64,000 nt of DNA. Source: a virus. Below the pieces are notes generated by a model, which saw only the letters and a program-made list of their open reading frames with translations, was not told the DNA's origin and did no database searches. Shown here piece by piece: positions 1 to 8,806 of the stretch. The stretch is taken from the IMG/VR virus record IMGVR_UViG_3300042332_001215, positions 1-64,000 of that record, one strand, 5' to 3'. The translations under genes were made by a program, and so were the position numbers. The stretch's first letter is position 1. Every line of letters starts with the position of its first letter.

Positions 1-97
1 GAGCTTCGGTTTGTTTAGAATACTTATATACAGCAAAATGAGCAAATGCAAGACATTGCATAAGCTCTTTGCCTAAATCCCATTTTTCTAGTGCCAT

Positions 98-736
98 TTA
101 CCTTCTTCTACGAATTGTTGGTGATGGATTACGAATCATCTTTTTATCTGCATAATCTGCATCCATTGCAACATGACCAGTTCTTGTATTTTGTACTACT
201 GGCTTTTCCCTTGTAGTTTTTTGTTGTGATGTAAGTCCTTTTGGAATAGTATCAGTTTTAGATACTTTTTTAGCAGGAACTCTATATGATACTACTGCTG
301 GCTTTTTCTTTCTTTGCTTTGAAGTAAACTCTGCATACTTCTCTGCTTTCTTTCTATCTGGTGTGACATAATGACCTGGACCTTCACTTCCTTTTGGTGA
401 TGGTTTTGGACCAGTTCGTTTGATAGATTTTACAGAGTCTTGATCAGACCCATGGTGCAATACTTTGAATCCTATTGTTTTCCCAGTTCTCTTAAATGCT
501 TCATCTAAAAACTGTGAATATGTTTTGCCCTCAGCATAATTTCCAGTAGATTGTGCTCTTTTGCGAAGTGCTTGAATGAGTGGACTATCTCCAGACATTC
601 CTGGTTTTTTACTTAAATTCCTTCTTCTTTCTTTCTCATACTCATATTGTTTAGCAGCAGATCTTTTCTTTTTAGGAACTAGACCACCAGTTTTTGAACC
701 AATTTCTACTTCATCCTTTTCGTAAATTGTATGCAT
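98..736 (-). CDS. Basic protein with ADP-ribosyltransferase-like (HG[ST]...GxYxT...AxxYA) domain; probable packaged internal head protein
   Basis: Motif LHHGS..SIKRTG..GPGHYVTPDRKKAEKYA; internal KTYSQFLDEA resembles the T4 capsid-targeting sequence MKTYQEFIAE; TATAAATA late promoter upstream. Confidence 0.6.
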   Translation of the reverse strand: MHTIYEKDEVEIGSKTGGLVPKKKRSAAKQYEYEKERRRNLSKKPGMSGDSPLIQALRKRAQSTGNYAEGKTYSQFLDEAFKRTGKTIGFKVLHHGSDQDSVKSIKRTGPKPSPKGSEGPGHYVTPDRKKAEKYAEFTSKQRKKKPAVVSYRVPAKKVSKTDTIPKGLTSQQKTTREKPVVQNTRTGHVAMDADYADKKMIRNPSPTIRRRR

Positions 737-758
737 GGAACAATTGATTGATTTTAAG

Positions 759-766
759 TATTTATA
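759..766 (-). promoter_or_regulatory. T4-type late promoter TATAAATA
   Basis: Exact consensus ending 22 nt upstream of the ATG at 736. Confidence 0.8.
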
Positions 767-791
767 AAAAAGAGGGGCTTTTGGCCCCTCT
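766..791 (-). terminator. Rho-independent terminator
   Basis: AGAGGGGC-CAAAA-GCCCCTCT followed by a T-tract, right after the stop of the 795..1205 gene. Confidence 0.85.
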
Positions 792-794
792 AAA

Positions 795-1205
795 TCACTT
801 ATTCATTTGTAGAGTCGGAACTGGCATTCCTCCTTCTGTTGGTACATAGATGGTTACATTACCATTCTTGCTACCATCTTCAAGTCCAGTGATATACAGA
901 TACTGAAGATACTCACGGTTGTCTTTTAGACTGTTACCAATGATTTGGTTTGCCTTGGCAACACCAGTAGCACGAATGATTTCAGCATCAGCAAGTTGTT
1001 GTGCAGAATCTTTTTTTGCTTGTGCTTCAAGCACTGCTACCTGTCGTGTGTATTCTGCTTTTTGAAGCTCTGCTTTACCAGCAAGAGATTGTTGCCACAC
1101 ATTATATTGTGGACCACCAATGAAGATGAGACCACCAATAACAATAACACCAACTGCTAGGAGAGCAACACCAGCATCAATATAACCATTTTGATTAGTC
1201 TTCAT
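795..1205 (-). CDS. Membrane-anchored coiled-coil protein (SPFH/band-7 C-terminal-like)
   Basis: N-terminal hydrophobic helix followed by an Ala/Glu-rich coil (AEIIRATGVAKANQIIG..YLQYLYI). Confidence 0.55.
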   Translation of the reverse strand: MKTNQNGYIDAGVALLAVGVIVIGGLIFIGGPQYNVWQQSLAGKAELQKAEYTRQVAVLEAQAKKDSAQQLADAEIIRATGVAKANQIIGNSLKDNREYLQYLYITGLEDGSKNGNVTIYVPTEGGMPVPTLQMNK

Positions 1206-1352
1206 AAATCATACCTTCCATTTGATTAGAGAGTTCAAGTAGTTCATTTTTTAGTTGAATATTCTCTTCTTCAAGAGATGCAATTTTACTTTTCAGTTGA
1301 GTATTTTCTGCCGAAAGGCACATCATATTCAGTTCATCATCAGTGTATTGAG

Positions 1353-1535
1353 TCATTTCAGACCAACCTCCTTGAGATAATCATGGTAACGCATAAATCG
1401 AGTGAGTGATGGGTGTCCTGGTGGATTCAAGCTCCAACAGCACTCAGTATAGGATAAAAACTCATACCAAGGCGTGGTTGGATCCAGAACATGAACTGGC
1501 ACAGTATCAGAGTTTTCCACCAACAACTCCTTCAT
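1353..1535 (-). CDS. Hypothetical cyanophage protein
   Basis: ORF in the overlapping minus-strand chain; start uncertain. Confidence 0.55.
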   Translation of the reverse strand: MKELLVENSDTVPVHVLDPTTPWYEFLSYTECCWSLNPPGHPSLTRFMRYHDYLKEVGLK

Positions 1536-1743
1536 GTTTAGTTGCTTCAGGAAAACCTTCCTGTTGCCATTTCAGATATTGTCTGGTAGCAGCAATGCAG
1601 TTATTCTCAGACAATGATGTGATGACTTCTTTACCTTCTTTTGTAAAACTCCTCCATGTTTTCCATCGAGTTTGTTCTACACGAAATGCATCATCAATCC
1701 ACTGCACTTCTGCAATTTCAGGATGCTCGTTTTGGTTTGTCAT
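1507..1743 (-). CDS. Hypothetical cyanophage protein
   Basis: ORF with ATGA coupling to the upstream gene. Confidence 0.65.
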   Translation of the reverse strand: MTNQNEHPEIAEVQWIDDAFRVEQTRWKTWRSFTKEGKEVITSLSENNCIAATRQYLKWQQEGFPEATKHEGVVGGKL

Positions 1744-2078
1744 TCAAATTCTCCAGTACGGTTTTTGATTCTACCTGTGTGATAAATGCCCTCAACTCTG
1801 GTGTCTCGGTCCATTCCCAGATTGTGCCGTCTTTCTGGGTATAACTTTTCTGAATAGTCTGAAGTTTCATAAATTTCTACCTGTACATTAATTTCTCTTG
1901 AGTTCCAGTGTCGAATGACACCAGCTACGATGAATAGGTTTGTAGCAAAGTAAGTAATGAAGATGATAGTCCTAACTACTGCTACTTTGTCTGCTACTTG
2001 GTCTTTTTTGTGTGCTTTTTCTCCTAGTGCGAGTGCCCACAGGTGCCACAACGATTTCAGTGGATTCATTTGGTTCAA
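1740..2078 (-). CDS. Small membrane protein
   Basis: LWALALGEKA..DKVAVVRT followed by a TM helix ending VIRHW. Confidence 0.6.
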   Translation of the reverse strand: MNQMNPLKSLWHLWALALGEKAHKKDQVADKVAVVRTIIFITYFATNLFIVAGVIRHWNSREINVQVEIYETSDYSEKLYPERRHNLGMDRDTRVEGIYHTGRIKNRTGEFE

Positions 2079-2283
2079 AAAAGGTTTCTAGTGATGAAAA
2101 CAATTCTTGTTTTTGTTTTCGTGGTGTTTTACCAGTAATGGTTCTAATATCACCATCAATTGGTTTATACCTGTCTATGTATTTCTTTAAATGATCTTCA
2201 CAACTAAACCAACAAACTTTACTTTCACCTTTATCGCTGTGCTCCAACCTATAGGGGAATCCTTCATATGGAAAATCTGTCAT
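1972..2283 (-). CDS. Hypothetical cyanophage protein
   Basis: FPYRLE..CWF.CE.HL.KY pattern. Confidence 0.6.
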   Translation of the reverse strand: MTDFPYEGFPYRLEHSDKGESKVCWFSCEDHLKKYIDRYKPIDGDIRTITGKTPRKQKQELFSSLETFFEPNESTEIVVAPVGTRTRRKSTQKRPSSRQSSSS

Positions 2284-2645
2284 CGAATAATTTCTACATG
2301 TGTAATTTTACCATCTTTGAAACAAATACTACATCGTGGCCATTCTTCCCATTTTTGATGTGGATTTTGTTCAGGATAGACTTCAATGCAATCAGTAACA
2401 TACACTGGCTTTACTTTACCGTGCTGACCATTTGAAATCCATTGAAATCGTGCCCATGGTGGAAGAGATTCATCATCAACTTCTACAAAGTCTGCAGTAT
2501 ATGATTCATCAATCTCATATAATTCACCTGCAGGAGTAATCCAGTACTCAGCCATTTTATTGTCCAATCCTTTAGTCTGTAAAGTATTGGTATTGAAGTG
2601 TTCATTGATTGGATATGAACAATGAACTCGGTCAAACATTCCCAT
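2280..2645 (-). CDS. Conserved phage hypothetical protein (MGMFD...QTK type)
   Basis: N-terminal MGMFD and LQTKGLD motifs. Confidence 0.65.
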   Translation of the reverse strand: MGMFDRVHCSYPINEHFNTNTLQTKGLDNKMAEYWITPAGELYEIDESYTADFVEVDDESLPPWARFQWISNGQHGKVKPVYVTDCIEVYPEQNPHQKWEEWPRCSICFKDGKITHVEIIR

Positions 2646-3118
2646 TAGAAATCACCTTTGCCTTGGGAGACATCAAAAGTAAATATACCACGCTCTTGCC
2701 ACATTGTCAAGACCCTTTTACGATCATCAAAAACTGCAAAGATTTGATACTGTTCTTCAATAATGTCAGCAATCTCTGCCTTCACAATTGCATCATCACG
2801 ATGGTCTTGATACTTTCTCATATAAAGAGCATTGTAATCATCAGTGAAGATATTGTGCCTTTCAAGCCATTCTACAGTCACATCACGATAATCATCAGAT
2901 CGACCACTCACAAAGAAAACAGGAAAGAAATACTTCAATGAATGAAACATTGCAAGTACTTGCTTTACAGGTTCATCTTGACTGATTCCTTTGTTCCATG
3001 CATCCCAGTTTCTAGGTTTGGTTGCAACAAATTGACGACGATGTTTTACATCACAAAGAGTACCATCAAGGTCAAAAATGATGCACTTGTCTTTAGGAGT
3101 ATTCGTAGAGAAATCCAT
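2645..3118 (-). CDS. Polynucleotide 3'-phosphatase (HAD; PseT/Pnkp C-terminal domain, stand-alone)
   Basis: DLDGT, SGR, LYMR..D.R.D..VK and FDDR motifs; start placed at MDFST (the ORF track extends to 3139). Confidence 0.88.
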   Translation of the reverse strand: MDFSTNTPKDKCIIFDLDGTLCDVKHRRQFVATKPRNWDAWNKGISQDEPVKQVLAMFHSLKYFFPVFFVSGRSDDYRDVTVEWLERHNIFTDDYNALYMRKYQDHRDDAIVKAEIADIIEEQYQIFAVFDDRKRVLTMWQERGIFTFDVSQGKGDF

Positions 3119-3470
3119 GATTAGTGGTGTAATGAACATGAGTAATACCAGCTTCTTTCAATGCAAGCTGACAAATAGGACATGGGCGGGCCATTCGTAG
3201 TTTACCTTGTGGATTGACCCTCGCAACGATCACAGTATCAACTTCTTCACGACACTTAACAAGTGCTGCAATCTCTGCATGTAGATAGATTTTCTCTGCA
3301 AGTCCTACACGCTCAGCAAACTTGGCTTGAAGTGGATGTGATTTGGTTTCAAGATTAGTTGCACTTACAATTACTTTGTTCTTGTTCAGTAGGAGTGCTC
3401 CTACCTGTTTTTTGGAAGGAGAGCTTTTTGCAGTTGCAATTACTTGTTCAAATACCGAGTCAGAAATCAT
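3093..3470 (-). CDS. Zn-dependent cytidine/dCMP-type deaminase
   Basis: HAE and RPCPIC zinc-binding motifs. Confidence 0.88.
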   Translation of the reverse strand: MISDSVFEQVIATAKSSPSKKQVGALLLNKNKVIVSATNLETKSHPLQAKFAERVGLAEKIYLHAEIAALVKCREEVDTVIVARVNPQGKLRMARPCPICQLALKEAGITHVHYTTNHGFLYEYS

Positions 3471-3970
3471 CAGGCCACCTGCAATTTAAGATGCGTACCA
3501 TCATGTGTCATGATGACATCAAAACCTTCATCTTCAGTTGGCATTTGAAATTGGTGATACATGCGAGTGATAACGGATCGTGGAATAAACTTATTCGCTC
3601 TTTGCGAATTGCGAATGATAGCATCTTCCAACTCAATAGGAAGAACCACCACAGTTTTAGTGTATGTGTCTGGAATTTTCTTGAGTTTCTGTTTGCGAGA
3701 CTTCTTGGTTAGATTAGTTTGATCCCAGAGAATTGACTTTTCATGCTGAATGGCATAGTCAAGTTGTTCAAACATCTTAGTAGTTGCTTCAGTAATTACA
3801 TCATCAAATACTTCATTATATGATTTATCTACAGACCTTGCATACTCTTCGATGTAGTCGTCTGTAGATAGAATCACATACTCGTCAAAAGCATCTGTGT
3901 TTTCAGTTCCTCTGCGAATGTAAGTAGATTTACCTGCACAGGGAATACCACACATCATAATCAGTTCCAT
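3470..3970 (-). CDS. P-loop polynucleotide kinase (Pnkp N-terminal / AAA_33-like, stand-alone)
   Basis: Walker A GIPCAGKST, STDD, DQTNLT..SR, RN..R. Confidence 0.85.
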   Translation of the reverse strand: MELIMMCGIPCAGKSTYIRRGTENTDAFDEYVILSTDDYIEEYARSVDKSYNEVFDDVITEATTKMFEQLDYAIQHEKSILWDQTNLTKKSRKQKLKKIPDTYTKTVVVLPIELEDAIIRNSQRANKFIPRSVITRMYHQFQMPTEDEGFDVIMTHDGTHLKLQVA

Positions 3971-5124
3971 GAAATACCTCCGAACATCCAGCGAGAATCG
4001 TTGAGTTTAGTTTGAGAAGTCAGAGACTTCTCGATTGAATCAGTGAGTAGTTGCTTGCAGTCTTTACCTTGTTTCATGCCAAACATAAATGGACGATGAA
4101 TAGGTAAAAGCATTCGGTTTACAAATTCAACGGCAAACTCCTTTTTGTCTGGATACATCATATCACCACCTTTGAAGATCTTGGTGAGGTCTGAGGACAC
4201 CTCATCAACTGCACACCAGAACTTCTGTTGGAAATCTTTGAGACGCTGGGCATCTTCAGGAGTTAGCAGAGGAATCATATCATCTACAGAATCATTGAGA
4301 ATAACTTGAATGATATTCTTTTCTGAGTTGATTTGTTCCTTTGAACGATGGCGTAGAATGTATTCATCTGCTTTAATCTTAACCATGTGACCGTTATCAA
4401 AACGAATCACTACACCTTCACCATCATCCCATTTACGAATGTGGTCTACAATCTTTTCAATATCAGTTTCATCACCAGCAATAGCTTTTACAACAGGAAT
4501 ATCATAATTTTTTCCTGTTTCAACCATCTGAGAATATGGAATGTAATTTCCACTACGCATATCTCGCACAGCAGTTAGAATTAGATTATCTTCTGAATAA
4601 TCAACTACAATACGATTCTTTCGTGAACACCATTCAAATATAGGTGTTAACCCACATGAAAAACTTGATTTAATAAACTTAGCATATTCTGGTTTATCTG
4701 CAACAAAATACTCTGCATTCATTGCAACATCAGTAATGCCAGCTTTTGTGCCAAGACGAAAACCTTCTGGTGTTGGAATGGGACGAATCATCGAACCATC
4801 TAGCTTTTCTAGAACTACATGAGGTTGAGTTAAATCAATCTTATCTAAATTAGTTTCTTCTCGCTCACCAACATTGAAGAACTTATGGTATGGGCGAGAA
4901 ATTAGATTACCAGTAGCAGTATCAAAGATCATGCCACGACATTCACGACGAATCTTCATATTATAATGACTACGCTCACGAACAAGTGAGAAAGTCTCTT
5001 CAAATGCTACCATGTAATTGATAACAGTGTACCAATCTTTTTGCATCACTTTGAATTCTTGCCAATCCTCAATGTGTGGAATGACATCATCAATGTGATC
5101 AATTTCTGGAAAGTCGTAGTTCAC
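3961..5124 (-). CDS. rnlA: RNA ligase 1 (T4 RnlA family)
   Basis: ECRG, HKFFN, EKLDGS, EGVV and KIK motifs. Confidence 0.92.
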   Translation of the reverse strand: MNYDFPEIDHIDDVIPHIEDWQEFKVMQKDWYTVINYMVAFEETFSLVRERSHYNMKIRRECRGMIFDTATGNLISRPYHKFFNVGEREETNLDKIDLTQPHVVLEKLDGSMIRPIPTPEGFRLGTKAGITDVAMNAEYFVADKPEYAKFIKSSFSCGLTPIFEWCSRKNRIVVDYSEDNLILTAVRDMRSGNYIPYSQMVETGKNYDIPVVKAIAGDETDIEKIVDHIRKWDDGEGVVIRFDNGHMVKIKADEYILRHRSKEQINSEKNIIQVILNDSVDDMIPLLTPEDAQRLKDFQQKFWCAVDEVSSDLTKIFKGGDMMYPDKKEFAVEFVNRMLLPIHRPFMFGMKQGKDCKQLLTDSIEKSLTSQTKLNDSRWMFGGISWN

Positions 5125-5303
5125 TGGTAATCTTCCTGTTCAAAGGTGAAGTATTCGTAGATTTGAGACATCACAGCTTCATCAATGTGCTGCATAATGG
5201 CACTTGGCAAAGGATTCTCTACATGTTTGTGTGCAAGATGCCAACCACGACGCACACCTTCTTCAATTGCCATTTCTAGTATAACACGGGTTTTAGGTTT
5301 CAT
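5121..5303 (-). CDS. Hypothetical protein
   Basis: IEEGVRRGW..AHKHVENP pattern; overlaps the rnlA start. Confidence 0.7.
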   Translation of the reverse strand: MKPKTRVILEMAIEEGVRRGWHLAHKHVENPLPSAIMQHIDEAVMSQIYEYFTFEQEDYQ

Positions 5304-5484
5304 TTGAATGCTTTACAGTTTTTTGCACATCAGCTTTCCATGCTTCAAGTTTCTCAATCCTATTATGAAGTTCGGTGATGATATATATCAAAGAACGATA
5401 ATCAATGCTCTCAACATCATCTCCACCTTCCATATCATTATAATATGAATATAGGAGTTCTTGTGTAAAGTTTCGGTCAGTCAT
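5293..5484 (-). CDS. Hypothetical protein
   Basis: Start re-placed at the ATGACTGA junction (MTDRN). Confidence 0.6.
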   Translation of the reverse strand: MTDRNFTQELLYSYYNDMEGGDDVESIDYRSLIYIITELHNRIEKLEAWKADVQKTVKHSNET

Positions 5485-5696
5485 TCTGTTTGCTCCCAAA
5501 GTTTTTCACGCATCATTTTAACACATTTATTCCATTGATAGTCATTTGTGGGATGCTCTGATGGCAACCATTCTTCAACGGCAGACACAATCTCATCACA
5601 CATATCAATAGAAAATCCCAATTGAAACCTCATTACATTCCACAGTGATGGTGGGCGTTTGAAATGTTTTTCAAGTAGTTTATCAAGGTCAGTCAT
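5481..5696 (-). CDS. Hypothetical protein
   Basis: ATGACTGA-coupled ORF. Confidence 0.65.
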   Translation of the reverse strand: MTDLDKLLEKHFKRPPSLWNVMRFQLGFSIDMCDEIVSAVEEWLPSEHPTNDYQWNKCVKMMREKLWEQTE

Positions 5697-5878
5697 AAGT
5701 CATAAGGTTGCTGGGGGTCTTTTTTCCAAACTGCTTTGTAAATAATCCAAGGTTCTTCTTGGTGGGTCATTTGAGCAGACCAATGGTATCCATTTTCATC
5801 AACGGCATCCAGATAATGAATGCGTGTCTTTGGGTCAATCACTCGTGTGATAGTTTTGAATTTTACTCGTTCAGTCAT
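5693..5878 (-). CDS. Hypothetical protein
   Basis: ATGACTGA-coupled ORF. Confidence 0.65.
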   Translation of the reverse strand: MTERVKFKTITRVIDPKTRIHYLDAVDENGYHWSAQMTHQEEPWIIYKAVWKKDPQQPYDL

Positions 5879-6216
5879 TTTACACCAAGTTGTTTGAGTT
5901 CGTCTTCAGTTAGATTAGCAAGGTCTTTCTTGAGTTGTTGAAGTTTTCGTTCCTTTGCTTTTGCCTTCTCTGCTTTTTCTTTCTCCAGTTGTTTTACTCG
6001 TTTCTCATACTCTTTATCATTTTCTTCCCGATACTTGTAAAGATAAGGAACTTCTTGGTCGTGACAATCACCATAATTTCGTTCATATTCAATTTCAATA
6101 CCTTCCCAACCAGCATCTAATTCTGCTTGAAGTGAAGAAATAATACTCACAAGAGAACTTTCAAAATCTCCCCAGTATCGTTGAGTTTCTTTGACTTGAA
6201 TTCGTTTGATAGTCAT
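5875..6216 (-). CDS. Hypothetical protein with charged coiled-coil C-terminus
   Basis: Start re-placed at MTIKR, after a GAGGAG RBS. Confidence 0.65.
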   Translation of the reverse strand: MTIKRIQVKETQRYWGDFESSLVSIISSLQAELDAGWEGIEIEYERNYGDCHDQEVPYLYKYREENDKEYEKRVKQLEKEKAEKAKAKERKLQQLKKDLANLTEDELKQLGVK

Positions 6217-6217
6217 T

Positions 6218-6409
6218 TCAGTTCTCCTCTTGATAAAGGAATACTTTAGCAAACTCTTCTGCTGCTTCAAATGAAAGTTCAGCACAAAACTTAAAGATTT
6301 CTCGTCGTTCCTGTTCAGTAGCACTTTGCATATTAGAACAAGTTTTCAACCACTCTGTATAAAGTGTTTGACCCAAATCAACAAATCGTTTTTGAGAGAA
6401 GTCAGTCAT
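6218..6409 (-). CDS. Hypothetical early protein
   Basis: First gene downstream of the early promoter element at 6433-6489. Confidence 0.65.
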   Translation of the reverse strand: MTDFSQKRFVDLGQTLYTEWLKTCSNMQSATEQERREIFKFCAELSFEAAEEFAKVFLYQEEN

Positions 6410-6432
6410 CAGGTGTCTGTGTGTATGAGAGT

Positions 6433-6489
6433 ATTATAGACCAAAAGGAGCACCTGTGGGATGCTCCTGTGCCAGTTCGTCAAGTGTCC
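6433..6489 (-). promoter_or_regulatory. Early promoter / stem-loop element (PeSL-like), copy 1
   Basis: GGACACTTGACGAACTGGCACA + GGAGCA..TGCTCC hairpin + TATAAT. Confidence 0.7.
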
Positions 6490-6491
6490 AA

Positions 6492-6803
6492 TCAAAACTT
6501 ATGGACATAAACCTCAAAGGTGATTTTTGTTCCATACATCATATCCATTTCCATACTCATACTGGATACTTGTGCCTCACCTTTTTTGACTTGTTCTACG
6601 ACTTGATGAAAAGAAACATTCACACTATTAATGTCATAAGATTTGATTTTACTAACAGGAATAGTTGATGTGTCCCGAAGTTTTTTCAGTTCATCTGCGA
6701 ATGTTTCTTCACCCTCATAATCTTCTATTCTTGGAAGTTTTGGTTTCTCTTTCTTTTCAGGGTATAACTCAAAATATTTGTCTATAAGAGGATTAGTCAT
6801 CAT
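6492..6803 (-). CDS. Hypothetical protein
   Basis: ORF track, coupled junction. Confidence 0.65.
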   Translation of the reverse strand: MMTNPLIDKYFELYPEKKEKPKLPRIEDYEGEETFADELKKLRDTSTIPVSKIKSYDINSVNVSFHQVVEQVKKGEAQVSSMSMEMDMMYGTKITFEVYVHKF

Positions 6804-7357
6804 ACATCAACCCATACAAAAGAAAGACAATTTTTCATAAACCAACGAGTGATAAAATTAGGTTTATCCGACATATAATACCTAAAATATCCCGAACCAA
6901 ATGTATAATATCCAACTTCTTTACCACCCGTTTTGATTACAAAACTGGAAGTAATATTACTACCAGTCGCAGTAAGTTTAGAGTAATCTAATTTTGCTGG
7001 AAAACTTCCATTCTTGCGAGCATACTCAATATCCTCAATAATTCTGGTAATCTTTTTACTAAACTGATACTCTTGGTAATATTTGAGTTGTGCGAACTTA
7101 TATTCTACATCCTCAATCTGCTTATCAATCTTCTCATCAAACTCTTGTGAGATTTCTTCTAATGACTTGCGTGGTAGTTTGAATCCAGTAAGTTCTTGTG
7201 GTTCGTTTGGAATTGTGAAGTATTCTTTGAGTAGTTTATAATCTTTAGCATCTTCACTAGCAGAAGCATACAAATTCATACACTCAAAGACATTCTTTAC
7301 ATCTGTGAGTGTTTTGATTTTACTTACATCAAGTTTATGGTTTAATGGTTCAGTCAT
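6800..7357 (-). CDS. Hypothetical protein
   Basis: ORF track, ATGACTGA start. Confidence 0.7.
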   Translation of the reverse strand: MTEPLNHKLDVSKIKTLTDVKNVFECMNLYASASEDAKDYKLLKEYFTIPNEPQELTGFKLPRKSLEEISQEFDEKIDKQIEDVEYKFAQLKYYQEYQFSKKITRIIEDIEYARKNGSFPAKLDYSKLTATGSNITSSFVIKTGGKEVGYYTFGSGYFRYYMSDKPNFITRWFMKNCLSFVWVDV

Positions 7358-7784
7358 ACTTCCCCTTCTTCACATCATTAAACCAAACACCTTCAAGCAG
7401 ACGATGAGTTTCACCATCGGTAATGCGTTCCAACTTCAAATCCAAGTAGGTCTCGTGACTAGTTCTCCTATACCAATAAACCTCATCAGGAAATTCAAAA
7501 CGATAATAACTTTTTTTATTATAAGAGACAACCTCACACTTTCCATCAAATAGAAAGTTCATTTTTGGTTGAGATTTATGTGTTTCAATCTCTTTGAGGA
7601 GTTCCAGTTTCTTTTGAAGCACTTTGATTTCTGCTTCTGTTTTTTCAATATCAGTGTTAAAGGTCATTTGTTTAAAATAAGGAGTAGCATCCATCGCACC
7701 ATCTTTGATTGCTTGTCTAAAAGCATTACGCAGACCTTCATCTACTTGCTCTGGTGTTTGTGGTATTGGTTGAAAGTCAGTCAT
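7350..7784 (-). CDS. Hypothetical protein
   Basis: ORF track, ATGACTGA at both ends. Confidence 0.7.
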   Translation of the reverse strand: MTDFQPIPQTPEQVDEGLRNAFRQAIKDGAMDATPYFKQMTFNTDIEKTEAEIKVLQKKLELLKEIETHKSQPKMNFLFDGKCEVVSYNKKSYYRFEFPDEVYWYRRTSHETYLDLKLERITDGETHRLLEGVWFNDVKKGKYD

Positions 7785-7932
7785 TTTTCTCCTGTTCTAA
7801 AACATCACGGGCACGGTCAGCAATCTGTCTCAAACTAATGCGAGGGTCATTGTAAGAATTTGGGGTCCAATTATCACACCAACTATCAAGTTCAATAATA
7901 ACTCGTTCTAATGCTGATTGTGTTTTAGTCAT
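7777..7932 (-). CDS. Hypothetical 51-aa protein (not in ORF track)
   Basis: MTKTQSALERVIIELDSWCDNW...EKND*, with 8-bp overlaps at both ends. Confidence 0.6.
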   Translation of the reverse strand: MTKTQSALERVIIELDSWCDNWTPNSYNDPRISLRQIADRARDVLEQEKND

Positions 7933-8158
7933 ATGCTTTCACGGTATTACAAGGAATTGTTTGTGGTGGAGTGAGAGAATGAAGAGAAGTATAATGAGAA
8001 GGAGTATAAACTAATGGAGATTTACTCAAATACTCTTCAAGGATATTACAATCCCAAGCATACTCATCATAATGCTTTTTACCATAGTCCATAGTATCTT
8101 CCCGATTTGGAAATGCTACTACAAATGTGTCTTTATAATAGAGTGAATAAACTTTCAT
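7925..8158 (-). CDS. Hypothetical protein
   Basis: ORF track. Confidence 0.6.
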   Translation of the reverse strand: MKVYSLYYKDTFVVAFPNREDTMDYGKKHYDEYAWDCNILEEYLSKSPLVYTPSHYTSLHSLTPPQTIPCNTVKAYD

Positions 8159-8433
8159 TTACAATCCTCATTAGGGTCAAAGTTTAGGTATTCTACCACA
8201 GGTTCTCTACAATACTCACAAAGTCGTTTCTTTGCTTCTTCTAGAGTATCATATCCACCATCAAAATAGACATCAAAAGCAAAGATATTAAACCACCGAA
8301 AGAACCATCTCTCTTGTGGGAAATACTTTGTGGCATTACCATAAGTTTCTTTTTTGATACGATACTTTTTCATCGGTTCTGGTAGAAAATCTTCACGGAT
8401 AAGTCGGGGTTTTGGAAACTCTGGTTTTTTCAT
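8155..8433 (-). CDS. Hypothetical protein
   Basis: KYRIKKE..KYFPQ..W pattern; start at the ATGA overlap. Confidence 0.6.
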   Translation of the reverse strand: MKKPEFPKPRLIREDFLPEPMKKYRIKKETYGNATKYFPQERWFFRWFNIFAFDVYFDGGYDTLEEAKKRLCEYCREPVVEYLNFDPNEDCK

Positions 8434-8642
8434 TTCAGTTCCACCCAATCATCATAATAATACCCATAAGAACCTCCACCACTATGATTTTTACATAGCA
8501 TATTACTACAAGAAACCCAATAATCAAAGTTTTTACTTTCTGGTCGCAATTCCAAAAGAGATTGATTACACAGGTATTCTAACACAGGATTTTCACAGTC
8601 GGTGCATTTACCAACAACACCCAAACAATCTGGTGGTTTCAT
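8430..8642 (-). CDS. Small Cys-rich (CxxC...CxxxxC) putative Zn-binding protein
   Basis: CTDC and CSNMLC..H. Confidence 0.55.
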   Translation of the reverse strand: MKPPDCLGVVGKCTDCENPVLEYLCNQSLLELRPESKNFDYWVSCSNMLCKNHSGGGSYGYYYDDWVELK

Positions 8643-8806
8643 CGTATTCCACTGTCAAAAATCTTTTTTAGTTCGTGATAGACAAGCACCAGTTCTTTAT
8701 CAGGTCCAAGATTATTATTCTTTCTTTCATAATCTAAAATCTCATAGAGTTCTTTTGCTTGTTCCTCTGTGAGAGCAAGATGGTAAGTTTTACTGATTTT
8801 AATCAT
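8639..8806 (-). CDS. Hypothetical 55-aa protein (not in ORF track)
   Basis: MIKISKTYHLALTEEQAKELY...SGIR*, overlaps both neighbours. Confidence 0.55.
   Translation of the reverse strand: MIKISKTYHLALTEEQAKELYEILDYERKNNNLGPDKELVLVYHELKKIFDSGIR

Noticed and set aside
1100-1205. Type IV prepilin-like N-terminus (QNG/YIDAG + hydrophobic stretch)
   Set aside because: Lacks the conserved Glu at +5; better explained as a simple membrane anchor
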